Part shown: piece by piece, positions 54,971 to 64,000 of the stretch | Numbering within the stretch: the first letter of the stretch is position 1 | How the letters are laid out: every line of letters starts with the position of its first letter | NCBI GenBank assembly: GCA_044221725.1 | Contig: JBGAON010000001.1 | Coordinates: 256,001 to 320,000, forward strand | From: Elusimicrobiota bacterium | GTDB lineage: Bacteria; Elusimicrobiota; Elusimicrobia; F11 | Length of the DNA: 64,000 bases | Direction: 5' to 3' | Notes under the pieces: generated by a model | Databases searched by the model: none | What the model saw: only the letters and a program-made list of their open reading frames with translations | Told to the model about the DNA's origin: nothing | Made by a program: the position numbers and the translations under genes

Positions 54971-55008
54971 GTTACCTGTTGTTTACAGGAAATTCACGTA
55001 AATTTAAT
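54971..55008 (+). promoter_or_regulatory. 11-bp-periodic direct-repeat array matching the one at 19449-19486
   Basis: GTTAC (54971), TTTAC (54982), TTCAC (54993), TTAAT (55004). Confidence 0.6.
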
Positions 55009-55036
55009 CCGCTTTCGATAGATTGGTTTTAGTTAT

Positions 55037-58000
55037 TTGTTAGGAGATATTTTGCACTTGCCTCGTCTCATCCCTAAATCGCTGTCGGTACTTTTGACCG
55101 TAGTTTTGTTGCTAAATACGGTTCCTTCGCAATCAATTGAGCGGATCCCTCAAGCGCCAAAGTCTGTGTTTTATATTCGAGATATTCACAGAAATCTCGA
55201 TGCGCAGAAGAACATCGCGCAAACAATTTCGCGGATGAGCGGTCAGACCGATCTCGTTGCTCTCGAGGGAGCGTTTGGTCCGCTCGATTTTGAACTATTT
55301 GATACGTATCCTTATTCCGAATCGGTTCGCTCAGCAGCGTCCTCTATGTTGCTGAAGCTGTCTTTGAGCGGCCCCGTGTTTGCGGCGCTAACGCAGCCGA
55401 AGAAAGTTCCGTTCATCGGCGTTGATGACAAAGCGCTTTACCGAAAGAATCGCCTCGCTTACACGTCAGCGTTCCCTTACAAGCGCGCAAATCAAGCAGC
55501 TCTGCGGCGAATGCAAGATGCATTGAACTCTTCAAAGCAGATCGAATATTCGCGCAGGTTGTACGACTTCGATCAAGTCGTGCGGCAATTTCACTCCCAT
55601 CGGTTGTCGCTTTTGGATTTTGTGTCCAAGCTGAATCGTTCGTCCGGATCGTTGGATGATCGGCGATTCCCGCAATTAACAAAGCTTTTACGCGCATCGC
55701 GGTTGGAACACTTTGTAGACGCAAAGAGATCCAAATTGTCGCAAGCATATTTGGCTCTTCTAAAAAATCTCGATGGAGAGATTCTGTACACGGAGATCGA
55801 GAACGCGGAAGCATCGATTTATGGAGAATTAATACGAACGGCCAGTGAAAAGACGTTGTTTGAAAAAGATCAGGCGCTTCAGTTGTGTGAAAAGCTTTTT
55901 TCATTTTCGCTTGGACCAAAGGACTGGGACCGTTACGTTGCGTCGAACGCCGGCGAACCAATTTCTCGATTTCCTGGAAAAATTTATTTTGAAGAGTTCT
56001 ATCGCGCTGCGAAGGCGCGTGACATCGCAATGAGTCGGAATGTTGTTCGCGCCATTCGCCAAACGGGCGCACAACGCGTCGTGCTAGTAACCGGAGGGTT
56101 TCACTCGTCCGGTGTGGAAACCCAGCTCACGCAAGCAGATATTTCAGTGATCCCCTACGTCCCGCGAGTTTCCCATCTAAATGAGAATGATCTGAGCGGT
56201 TACCTTCGTGTGTTTGATCAAGAACAGGCTCCGTTGGAGAAGATTTTTGGTGATGTCGATTTATCGTTGGCCGAATTGGCGTGGTCGCATCGGCAACAGG
56301 CCAACCTGGCCACGGATATTGCCCACAACGAAGCTTTGCGACGACGATTGCCGTTCGCCTTGAAATGGTTTTTACCCCTCTTTTTCGTTCACGTTCCCTT
56401 CTTGTGGAAGATCGTTGAAAGTAACGTTGCCACGGTAAGGCTGGGCGAGCAATCGATCATGGTTCCGGGGCTTTTGGGATGGTTTTTTCTTATCGGTATG
56501 ATAGGGCCATCAACCTTTTTCTCGATATTTCGTTCGTCGCGAAGTTTTGCTTCAACGCGACCGTACGGTCCCTTGGGTCGTTACGTTGAAGGTTGGTACT
56601 GGCTGCCCACATTAAAAATCCGAGAAAGAGACTTTCAGAATTCAAATGTTCCCGCTCAAATCAGGGAGAGACGTGTTGAGAAAGACGGTGCGGTGATTCG
56701 ACAGCGGGCGCTGGAAATCCTGGACCGCGCGAAAAAGGAAAATATTTCTTTGGAAATTGAGTCGCCAACCCGCGGACTTGATGGGCCGGGTTCGGCGTTG
56801 GATTTGCGTGATTATCAACGTCGACTTCGCAAGCCGGGCCACCACAGAATTTCGGAAGTCCCGTCCACGATCACGATTTCTGCGCAGTTAACCTCGGTGA
56901 TACGATTTGAGCGAATTCCTGAATCCGAACGAAAAACGGATGATGGAGCATTGGAAATCGAATATCTCTCGTTGCGCTACGGAAAAAAGAGCGCGCCGAC
57001 CGACAAGTACGGGAAGATCCGATTTTATGGACCGGTGGACATCAACGGCAACGGCCAAACAAAGAAGGGTTACGAAGATATGGCGGGTTATATCTTTCAA
57101 AACCTTTTTGGCTTGGGCGGAGGCATTCGCATCATTGACGAGGCGAATTTGCCATCGGGTCTTGAGTCATCCAATATCACCGTGAAAGCGCTCATCGAAG
57201 CAGCGGCGATGTTAAGTGGCACCCAGCTATCAAAAGCCGACATCTGGGTGCTCGGAGAAGCGCTCGAAAATGACGTGTTCAAAGGTGTGACCGGCGGGCA
57301 AGGGGTGCTTTCGGCCTATACCGGCGGTGCGCATGAGCATCTGTGGTTTCTTGATGGTGACAGGCAAGATCAACGATCGGCGTTTTCAATCGAACTCGTT
57401 CCTCCGAACCAGTGGGAAGCGTTTGCCAGTCATTTCGTTCTGACACACCTTGGGGGGACGACCGAAGCCGGGAGTCCGATTTTGAAGCGTGCGGGTCCTC
57501 TTATCAACAAGATGTGGCTCGATATGTTGAAGCGCGACGAAAAATCCCAGCATCTTTTTGAAGAAATGGTTCCGTTGGCAAACACGTACGCACTGGCCAT
57601 GCTGCACATGGATTTTAAGACGATCGCGCAATCGGTAAATCGGCTTTCGAATATTCGCGACCACCTTTTAAGGCGTTGGTTTGGGCTTATGCTCGATGCC
57701 AAATTAAACCACACCTATGTTCATGATGGCCCGTGGTGGTGGTTGAGGTTGGAGCCTGTGCCGGATTATGCACGAGCGTTTGCCGAGCGGATTGAAGACG
57801 AAGACAAATATCCGGAGTATAAGCCGTTGCAGAAACTGTTGGCGCGCTACGCCGGGCGTGGTCCGGCCTATCTTCGAACGCGCAGTTTGTACACATTGGA
57901 TCCTATCGAAGGGTTCCTAAACCGAGTAAGACGTCGTGGCTTTGGCGCAATGCCAACCGGTGCGGGCGGTCCAGGTGCTATTATCGCAGTGGTTTCTCCG

Positions 58001-58495
58001 AATGGTAAAGCTGCGATTGAGGATCTCATTGCGATTGAGCATCTCGATAAAGACGAGTACGTTCGTCATTGGGTCGATGCGGGCTTGGAGATGAGACGGT
58101 ATTTGGATGTGCGTATCGGATCGCGGGCTGAGATTCGAGGATTCGATAAATTCGTTGATGCGGGTGTCGTGCTTCCCCAAGAACCACTTCGAAAATTTTA
58201 TGATCAAGAAACAGGAAGGATTTTGGACTCAAAACCGGAAGAATTGCCATCCGAGCAGCCGAAGCCGATCAATCGATTGATGACGTTTTTGTCTGTCGCG
58301 ATGGCCGTTTTGTTGTATCCGATCAGCCTGTTGCCAGCGAAGGAAATGGGCGCTTTGGCGCAATCGCTTGAGGACTCCGATTCATCGCCAGAGCAACCGA
58401 CCAAGATGGTGGTCGAGCACCAACAACAGATGCTGACTGGTTCTGTTACCGGAAAATTTCTTTTAAATCCCAAAAAACGGTTGAGTTTCGCGTAA
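55037..58495 (+). CDS. Large multidomain protein: N-terminal domain paralogous to ORF 19504, hydrophobic hairpin, degenerate GHMP-kinase-like domain (likely start TTG 55052)
   Basis: IRDIH...AQKNI...VALEG..G...IGVDD..LY..N...RD..M..N...TGGFH; later SPTRG, LPSGLESSN, EN......GGQG..SAYTGG and GAMPTGAGGPG. AGGAG at 55042-55046. Confidence 0.7.
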   Translation: MLGDILHLPRLIPKSLSVLLTVVLLLNTVPSQSIERIPQAPKSVFYIRDIHRNLDAQKNIAQTISRMSGQTDLVALEGAFGPLDFELFDTYPYSESVRSAASSMLLKLSLSGPVFAALTQPKKVPFIGVDDKALYRKNRLAYTSAFPYKRANQAALRRMQDALNSSKQIEYSRRLYDFDQVVRQFHSHRLSLLDFVSKLNRSSGSLDDRRFPQLTKLLRASRLEHFVDAKRSKLSQAYLALLKNLDGEILYTEIENAEASIYGELIRTASEKTLFEKDQALQLCEKLFSFSLGPKDWDRYVASNAGEPISRFPGKIYFEEFYRAAKARDIAMSRNVVRAIRQTGAQRVVLVTGGFHSSGVETQLTQADISVIPYVPRVSHLNENDLSGYLRVFDQEQAPLEKIFGDVDLSLAELAWSHRQQANLATDIAHNEALRRRLPFALKWFLPLFFVHVPFLWKIVESNVATVRLGEQSIMVPGLLGWFFLIGMIGPSTFFSIFRSSRSFASTRPYGPLGRYVEGWYWLPTLKIRERDFQNSNVPAQIRERRVEKDGAVIRQRALEILDRAKKENISLEIESPTRGLDGPGSALDLRDYQRRLRKPGHHRISEVPSTITISAQLTSVIRFERIPESERKTDDGALEIEYLSLRYGKKSAPTDKYGKIRFYGPVDINGNGQTKKGYEDMAGYIFQNLFGLGGGIRIIDEANLPSGLESSNITVKALIEAAAMLSGTQLSKADIWVLGEALENDVFKGVTGGQGVLSAYTGGAHEHLWFLDGDRQDQRSAFSIELVPPNQWEAFASHFVLTHLGGTTEAGSPILKRAGPLINKMWLDMLKRDEKSQHLFEEMVPLANTYALAMLHMDFKTIAQSVNRLSNIRDHLLRRWFGLMLDAKLNHTYVHDGPWWWLRLEPVPDYARAFAERIEDEDKYPEYKPLQKLLARYAGRGPAYLRTRSLYTLDPIEGFLNRVRRRGFGAMPTGAGGPGAIIAVVSPNGKAAIEDLIAIEHLDKDEYVRHWVDAGLEMRRYLDVRIGSRAEIRGFDKFVDAGVVLPQEPLRKFYDQETGRILDSKPEELPSEQPKPINRLMTFLSVAMAVLLYPISLLPAKEMGALAQSLEDSDSSPEQPTKMVVEHQQQMLTGSVTGKFLLNPKKRLSFA

Positions 58496-60390
58496 TGAGT
58501 GACAGCGGTTTTGTTAGCTTGAATTATGAAAAGATTCCCATGCGGGTGGGCGGCCTGTTTCAGGACGATGTCCAGAAACTAAGCAGCCAAAACGCGAATG
58601 CTCTTCTTCTGGATTTAAGAAAGAAGATTCGTCACGCGGAGAAAGAAAAGAACAAGCAGCTCGCCGCCAAAAGTTATCTGCAAATCGCCATGGTTTTTCG
58701 CGGTCAGCGCAGTTACGGCGCTGCGTTGTCGATGCTTCACAAGGCGCAGTCTCACATTGATCACGCTGTTGATCGCGAGCTGCTTGCAGCACTTTACGAA
58801 GAACTGGCGTGCGTAAACCGTGAGCTCAACCGCAACACGCTCGCGCTCGACTATTCTCAGAAGGCTGTGCATCTTTATCAAGAATTGAAAAAAAATCTCG
58901 AGCTTGGTTGGGCGTACGATAATATGTCCGTCATTTATCACAACATGGCGCGCCGCCACGAAAGTCTAATTTTCGCGAAGAAAGCGCGTGAGATCTTCCT
59001 CGAACACAACAACCCCAGTTGCCTAGCGTGGAATTCGTGCAACCTCGGTAATATAAATTTTGATTTGGGGTCTTATGCCGAAGCGAAGGCGTACTATTTG
59101 GGTGCGTTAAATATTTTCCAGGAATTGGGAATCAAACAAGGCATTTCTTGGACGTTGCTTTGGCTGGGAATGTCGGCGCGCGCGCAAACACAATTTAAAG
59201 AGGCCGAGGAGTTCCTTGAAAAAGCGATTGTTGAATTTCTTGCGCTGGGTATTCACGACCGCGCTGGATGGGCGGTTCTTAATCTCGCCGGAATTCGGTG
59301 GGCGCAGGGCCGCATGAACGATGCGCTGTCACTCAATCAAAAGGCGATTAAGATGTTTCGCTCGCTCAGCAACAACGATGGCCTCGCCTGGGGCACATTC
59401 CAAATTGCGCAAATTTTCCGCGAGCAGGGCCGGCTGACCAACGCGTGGCGTTTGTTGCGCCAGTCGCAGGATCTCTTCAATCACATCGCCAGTCAAAAAG
59501 GCTCGGGCTGGGTGGAATGTGAGTTGGCCGAAATCTATTTGGCGTTATCGGATCAAACGCATGCGTTTGAGTCATTAAAGAAATCAAAGATTATCGCCGA
59601 CAAGCTTGCGTTCCTGCCGTTGAAAATGGAGATCGATAAAAACACCGCGTTGTGGCACATCAATCAAGGACAGCTGGACGAAGCGCTGGCGCTTTTGCGG
59701 TCGGCCGAAGAAACGACTTCGAAAAATCAAATTGTCGAAATTTACGCGGATATCTTGCTCGCGAAAACGAAGGCATTGCTGGCAAAAGGTGATTTGGACG
59801 GCGTGGCCGCCGCAACGAAATCGTTGGCGGAAATTATCGATACGCATCAGTTGGGGCGGCTTAAGCCGCATCTGGATTTGTATCAAGGCGAACACGCAAT
59901 GCTCGTGGGAGACATCGCCAAAGCAGAGAATTTTTTCCAAAGCGCGCTGGACCGTTCGCAAAAACTCGAGCAGCTTCTGTGCTGGGCCGAGGCAAGCTTG
60001 GGTTTGCTGCAAACAGAGAGGATAACCAAGTCGCCGAAACAGCGGCTTCAGACGTTGGCGGGTATCGAAAAGAGAATTCGCACCGCGGGATGCCGATGTC
60101 TAAAGGCAAAAGTATTGGCTTTGGAAGCCATCCTGGATGCTGAAGCAAAGAACACGGTGGATCCCCATTTGGTTGGCCAATGTCTTCGAATCCTTGAAGA
60201 GACGAACCTGCATCTGCTACGGAAGGAATTGCTGGAATTTTTTGTTTGGCTAACCAAGCGAACGGGCCAGGCCGAAGAATCAGAAATTTACGCGTCGGAA
60301 CTGAGAAGCCTCATCGACACTCACAATCTGGGCGAGATAGGCCCCCGGGAGAGATATTTCGAGATTTTTCCGGTATCGGTTATTTCGTAA
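58495..60390 (+). CDS. Cytoplasmic TPR-repeat protein (about 40-aa repeats)
   Basis: Repeats LGWAYDNMS, LAWNSCNLG, ISWTLLWLG, AGWAVLNLA, LAWGTFQIA and SGWVECELA; TAATG overlap with the upstream gene. Confidence 0.8.
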   Translation: MSDSGFVSLNYEKIPMRVGGLFQDDVQKLSSQNANALLLDLRKKIRHAEKEKNKQLAAKSYLQIAMVFRGQRSYGAALSMLHKAQSHIDHAVDRELLAALYEELACVNRELNRNTLALDYSQKAVHLYQELKKNLELGWAYDNMSVIYHNMARRHESLIFAKKAREIFLEHNNPSCLAWNSCNLGNINFDLGSYAEAKAYYLGALNIFQELGIKQGISWTLLWLGMSARAQTQFKEAEEFLEKAIVEFLALGIHDRAGWAVLNLAGIRWAQGRMNDALSLNQKAIKMFRSLSNNDGLAWGTFQIAQIFREQGRLTNAWRLLRQSQDLFNHIASQKGSGWVECELAEIYLALSDQTHAFESLKKSKIIADKLAFLPLKMEIDKNTALWHINQGQLDEALALLRSAEETTSKNQIVEIYADILLAKTKALLAKGDLDGVAAATKSLAEIIDTHQLGRLKPHLDLYQGEHAMLVGDIAKAENFFQSALDRSQKLEQLLCWAEASLGLLQTERITKSPKQRLQTLAGIEKRIRTAGCRCLKAKVLALEAILDAEAKNTVDPHLVGQCLRILEETNLHLLRKELLEFFVWLTKRTGQAEESEIYASELRSLIDTHNLGEIGPRERYFEIFPVSVIS

Positions 60391-60395
60391 GTTTA

Positions 60396-60983
60396 CTAAC
60401 GCTGCAAAATCGCTTCGAGGCCTTTGCGAATCATCATAACCCCAATCGCTGCCAGGAAGATGGCCACTACCTTGGCCAACATTTTCGCGAACGCCTGCCC
60501 TGTTTTTCGCACGATTACATCGGAATAGGTAAACAACAGCAAAGTCAGGACGAGGTTCGCGGTCATCGCGGCCAAGATTGTGATAAGGCTGTAGAGATCG
60601 TGCAAGATAAGAAGTGTTGTAATGAACGCCGGACCGGCGATCAGAGGAATCCCGATTGGAACGACCGCGATCATGTTGTCGTGATGCGTTGCGCCGGTTA
60701 ATTTGGGACTCTCTCCAAACATTTCGCGGATCGAGAAAATCATTAGTAACAAGCCTCCGGCGATTTTGAAATCGGCCGGCGTGATTCCGAGAAACGTGAA
60801 TATGTAGTGACCGATGAGCCCAAAAGATGTGCCCACAAAAAACGCCGTGAGCGTGGCGTGTAGCGCAAGACGCCGGCGTTCGCCGATCGAGTAGCCCTCT
60901 GTGAGACCCACGAACATTGGAAGTACGCCGACGGGATCGATGGCGACAAACAGTGGGATGAATGCGAGAAGAAAGGATTGCAT
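60396..60983 (-). CDS. MarC-family membrane protein
   Basis: LFVAIDPVG..P.F, F.IAGGLLL and AVVPIGIPLIAGPA motifs. Confidence 0.92.
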   Translation of the reverse strand: MQSFLLAFIPLFVAIDPVGVLPMFVGLTEGYSIGERRRLALHATLTAFFVGTSFGLIGHYIFTFLGITPADFKIAGGLLLMIFSIREMFGESPKLTGATHHDNMIAVVPIGIPLIAGPAFITTLLILHDLYSLITILAAMTANLVLTLLLFTYSDVIVRKTGQAFAKMLAKVVAIFLAAIGVMMIRKGLEAILQR

Positions 60984-61013
60984 GGGTTAGAGTTCCTGTC
61001 CCTGTCAGAAAAA

Positions 61014-61086
61014 TAGCGCGGGGCGGGATCGAACCGCCGACCCTGGGCTTATGAGTCCCATGCTCTACCAACTGAGCTACCGCGCC
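61014..61086 (-). tRNA. tRNA with CAU anticodon (elongator Met more likely than Ile2; not initiator), CCA not encoded
   Basis: GGCGCGG-TAGCTCAGTTGGTAGAGC-A-TGGGA-CTCATAA-GCCCA-GGGTC-GGCGG-TTCGATC-CCGCC-CCGCGCT-A folds as a cloverleaf. Confidence 0.93.
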
Positions 61087-61140
61087 GAAATTCGTGCGAC
61101 AACCCGAATTTAGCATGTAGAATCACGTTCGCAAAACATT

Positions 61141-62154
61141 ATGTTCCGTCTGAAAAACCTCGAAATAGCATCCCCGATTATCCAATCGCCAATGGCTGGC
61201 TGCACCGACCTTGCTTACCGGTTGGTGTCCCGGCGCCGCGGTTTGGCGTTTTGTTTCCTCGAAATGATTTCGGCAAACGGCTTTATGCACGAAAGTCGCA
61301 AGACCCGCGAACTTATGAAAACCGTGGGAGAGGACAGCCCGGTCGGTATCCAATTTATGGGTTGTGACCCCGATGTAATGGCAACGGCCGCTGCGCGTGC
61401 CGAAGAGATGGGATTCCATCTCGTTGATATGAATTTGGGCTGCCCCGTTCGCAAGGTCACCTCCACCGGTGCCGGCGCGGCAATGCTGAAAGATCCGAAA
61501 AATACCGAACAAGTCTTCAAAAAAGTCGTGAGCGCCGTGAAATCGATTCCGGTGACAATCAAAATGCGACTGGGTTATGAAGATGCCAGCGGCAACGAGG
61601 CTGTGGAAATCGCGAAGATTGCCGAAGCGAATGGGATTTCTGCCATCACCGTGCACGGTCGAACGCGCGCACAAGGATACACCGGCAAGGCGAATTGGGC
61701 TGCGATCGGTAAAGTAAAAGCGGCGGTGAAGATCCCGGTGCTGGGCAACGGCGACGTTGTCACGGCGGCGGATGCAAAGAAGCTCCAACAGGAAAGCGGT
61801 TGCGATGGCATCATGATCGGGCGCGGCGGCCTGGGGAACCCGTGGCTTTTTAAACAGATCCATGAGCAATTGTTCGAAAACAAAGAGCCTGCACCGCCCT
61901 CAACCGACGACCGCATGAACGCGGTGCTCGAACACATGGAGCTAGAGGTGAAGTACGAAGGAGAACAAAAAGCGGTTTTTCATATGCGCCGCATTGGTTC
62001 GTGGTACATTTCGGGTGTGACAAACGCAGCTCATTGGCGCTCCGAGCTCGTGCGGTGCCGCACAATCCCCGAGATTCGCAATGTGCTCATGAAGGCGTTA
62101 ACCGAGTCCAAAGAGTTTAAGGTCGTGGCATCCACGATGACGGAAGGCCAGTGA
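61141..62154 (+). CDS. dusB: tRNA-dihydrouridine synthase
   Basis: SPMAG, DMNLGCP, PVTIKMRLG, VHGRTR and GNGDV...IGRG motifs. Confidence 0.92.
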   Translation: MFRLKNLEIASPIIQSPMAGCTDLAYRLVSRRRGLAFCFLEMISANGFMHESRKTRELMKTVGEDSPVGIQFMGCDPDVMATAAARAEEMGFHLVDMNLGCPVRKVTSTGAGAAMLKDPKNTEQVFKKVVSAVKSIPVTIKMRLGYEDASGNEAVEIAKIAEANGISAITVHGRTRAQGYTGKANWAAIGKVKAAVKIPVLGNGDVVTAADAKKLQQESGCDGIMIGRGGLGNPWLFKQIHEQLFENKEPAPPSTDDRMNAVLEHMELEVKYEGEQKAVFHMRRIGSWYISGVTNAAHWRSELVRCRTIPEIRNVLMKALTESKEFKVVASTMTEGQ

Positions 62155-63089
62155 CGCGAACAGTTGTTCTGTGCGCGACAGCTCTGTTCGTGATGGCGTC
62201 CTTGCACGCCTCCGATCCAATGGACAACCTGATCGAGCAAGAGAAAAGAGCGCAAGAAGAGCTAAAGGCGAATGATGAAGATTTGCCGCCCGCGTATTTT
62301 TGGGGAGACAAGAGCGCTGTCGAAATAGTTTCTGGTTCGGCGCTCGCCGAAAAATCCAATGTTATTTGCGATCATCTCGAACTCGATGAATTAATTGAAT
62401 TATCGCGCGGTAATCCGGCGGATCTTGAAACGGAACTCAACACCGATCTGCCACGTGTTGGTGCGATGCTCGGCCAGAGTTGTTTGATTCATTCGAACGA
62501 CACATTGGTCGCCATCGGCAAAGGATGGCAGAAAAACGTTACGGTTGGCTCCTTTCTGGTTCGGAAATCCGGCGCGCTTTGTCAGTCTGATTCAGCCAAT
62601 ACGCTGTGGATGAAGTTAAAGGAATCGCTTGCCGATGAGCCGCTGTTTTTTTCGAGCGCCGAAGTGCCGACCGATATCGATAACCATTATTTCGAACTGA
62701 AGGAGCTCCCGTTATTCGACCGTGAAGCCGCCATTCGGAAGCGACTTGTAAAAAACGTCCCGGATCTAACAGAGTTTGGAGTGAAAAGCGTCGCGTTGCA
62801 CGGCGCCAGCGCCACCGAGCTTTTCGTTTTGCGCCGGAAAACCGCAACGCTTGAGGACGACCAGCTACCAAACGAAATGCTCATCTGGGATGATGGTGTC
62901 GACCCGAAAACTTTGTGGATGGAGCGCGTGGACATCAACAAGGGGTCGGGTCACTTGAGGGTGGACGCGTCGTTGGATTTCAACCAAGACGGCATTTCCG
63001 ATGTTATCGTGTCCGGAGACCATAATGGCTGCGTGTATCGCAAGGTCTTTCAAGGCACAAAAGATGGTTTTTCCATCACCTTGTTTTGA
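62151..63089 (+). CDS. Hypothetical exported protein with a C-terminal DxNxDG motif
   Basis: Signal peptide ending SLHA; DFNQDGISDV near the C-terminus; GTGA overlap with dusB. Confidence 0.6.
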   Translation: MTRTVVLCATALFVMASLHASDPMDNLIEQEKRAQEELKANDEDLPPAYFWGDKSAVEIVSGSALAEKSNVICDHLELDELIELSRGNPADLETELNTDLPRVGAMLGQSCLIHSNDTLVAIGKGWQKNVTVGSFLVRKSGALCQSDSANTLWMKLKESLADEPLFFSSAEVPTDIDNHYFELKELPLFDREAAIRKRLVKNVPDLTEFGVKSVALHGASATELFVLRRKTATLEDDQLPNEMLIWDDGVDPKTLWMERVDINKGSGHLRVDASLDFNQDGISDVIVSGDHNGCVYRKVFQGTKDGFSITLF

Positions 63090-63120
63090 AATAGGGCATC
63101 TTGTAAGCTTTTAAAAATCC

Positions 63121-63819
63121 ATGGAGATTTTTGTCCGCTTGTTATTCGGCCATCTGTTGGCCGATTTTACTTTCCAAACCAATTTCATTGCCGACTGGAA
63201 GCGTCGTGAGTTCTTGGGACTCATGGTCCATGTTCTTATTCATCCTCTCTGCTACATCGCTGCTACCTGGCCATTTATGAATGAGGTTTGGCGAATTTAC
63301 GGTTCGGTATCCCTCACTGGCTGGACATGCGTGCTGCTCGCCTCGTTGGTCCACTTTTTTGAGGATTGGTTCCGCGTCACGGTTATCGCCCGTGGTTGGA
63401 ATGATAATACGCTGTTTTATTTGTGGGACCAGGCCGTACACATTATCAGCCTATGGTTTCTCTCACCGGTCACCGGTTATCCCATTGTAAACGATTGGCC
63501 TTTGCTGGGCGTTTTGTTCGTGCTGGTCACTCATTGCGCTACGGTCACTATTTGGTTCATCGAAAAAGACATCTATGGAAGAGAATTTCCGGAAACCGAA
63601 GAGAAATATATTTCGATTCTGCAGCGGCTCGTGGTTTGGCTTGCGTTCTTTTTGCCACATCCGTGGTGGATTTTGGTTCTCGCGTTTGTGCTTTTTAGCT
63701 TTGGTCGCCACGTTTGGACCCGCCGCGTGGATTTCAGTTGGACCAGTGTGATCATGGGGAATTTCATTGCGGTTCTCTGTGGTGTTGTTTCACGTTTTGT
63801 TTTAAAGTTTCATTTCTAA
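63121..63819 (+). CDS. DUF3307-family membrane protein
   Basis: HLLADF.FQT, H..IH, HF..D..R and DQ..H motifs. Confidence 0.8.
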   Translation: MEIFVRLLFGHLLADFTFQTNFIADWKRREFLGLMVHVLIHPLCYIAATWPFMNEVWRIYGSVSLTGWTCVLLASLVHFFEDWFRVTVIARGWNDNTLFYLWDQAVHIISLWFLSPVTGYPIVNDWPLLGVLFVLVTHCATVTIWFIEKDIYGREFPETEEKYISILQRLVVWLAFFLPHPWWILVLAFVLFSFGRHVWTRRVDFSWTSVIMGNFIAVLCGVVSRFVLKFHF

Positions 63820-63843
63820 AATTCCTCGTTTCACCTGTCAGCG

Positions 63844-63981
63844 ATGAGCAAAAAGAAAAAAGTGGCCGTTCGCCGTACTTGGAAAATCAATCCCGCCACG
63901 CGAGTGGAAAAACCTGCGAAGGCTTACGACCGTAAGAAAGAAAAGGCTCGTCTTCGTTCGTTATTAAAGGAACTGCAATGA
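63844..63981 (+). CDS. Small basic protein (45 aa), below the ORF-track size cutoff
   Basis: MSKKKKVAVRRTWKINPATRVEKPAKAYDRKKEKARLRSLLKELQ; its stop overlaps a following ATG (ATGA at 63978-63981). Confidence 0.55.
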   Translation: MSKKKKVAVRRTWKINPATRVEKPAKAYDRKKEKARLRSLLKELQ

Positions 63982-64000
63982 ACCACCCCTCTTCATTTGC

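Noticed and set aside
60990..61140. tRNA as an integration site for a prophage or island
   Set aside because: No integrase and no duplicated tRNA 3' end were seen in the window.

Overview
A 64-kb, gene-dense, mostly + strand window from a diderm bacterium. The gene content (PorV-like barrel, FlgD/T9SS-like C-terminal domain, TonB/ExbBD, SAM-I riboswitch, CIRCE) is suggestive of Elusimicrobiota; that is an inference, not a measured placement. Most of it is housekeeping: clpB, sodC, pit, gpmA, tilS-ftsH-glmM-pdxJ-glmS, amidase-murI-queC-queE, dusB and one CAU-anticodon tRNA. The most striking region is 1-12548. It encodes a large surface protein with a T9SS-like C-terminal sorting domain, a PorV-like barrel with TPRs, a single protein fusing a FliF-like ring domain, a membrane helix, FliG middle/C domains and TPRs, two long coiled-coil proteins, FlbD, MotA, MotB and a DsbA lipoprotein. 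No rod, hook, filament, export-gate or switch (FliM/FliN) genes are in the window, and the FliG and MotA torque residues have changed in a matched way. This looks like a flagellar motor repurposed for a non-flagellar job such as secretion or surface motility. A second candidate system is two distant paralogous large proteins (19.5 kb and 55 kb). They share an N-terminal domain and an almost identical 11-bp-periodic upstream motif but have different C-terminal cargo: one has an internal prepilin motif, the other a degenerate GHMP kinase. Other notable items are a TPR-ExbB-ExbD-ExbD-TonB cluster with no receptor, a palindromic element inside a coding region, ClpB without its N-domain under a CIRCE box, and a SAM-riboswitch-controlled thrC-like/sulfur-carrier/NIL operon. 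All calls come from reading motifs by eye; no searches were run.
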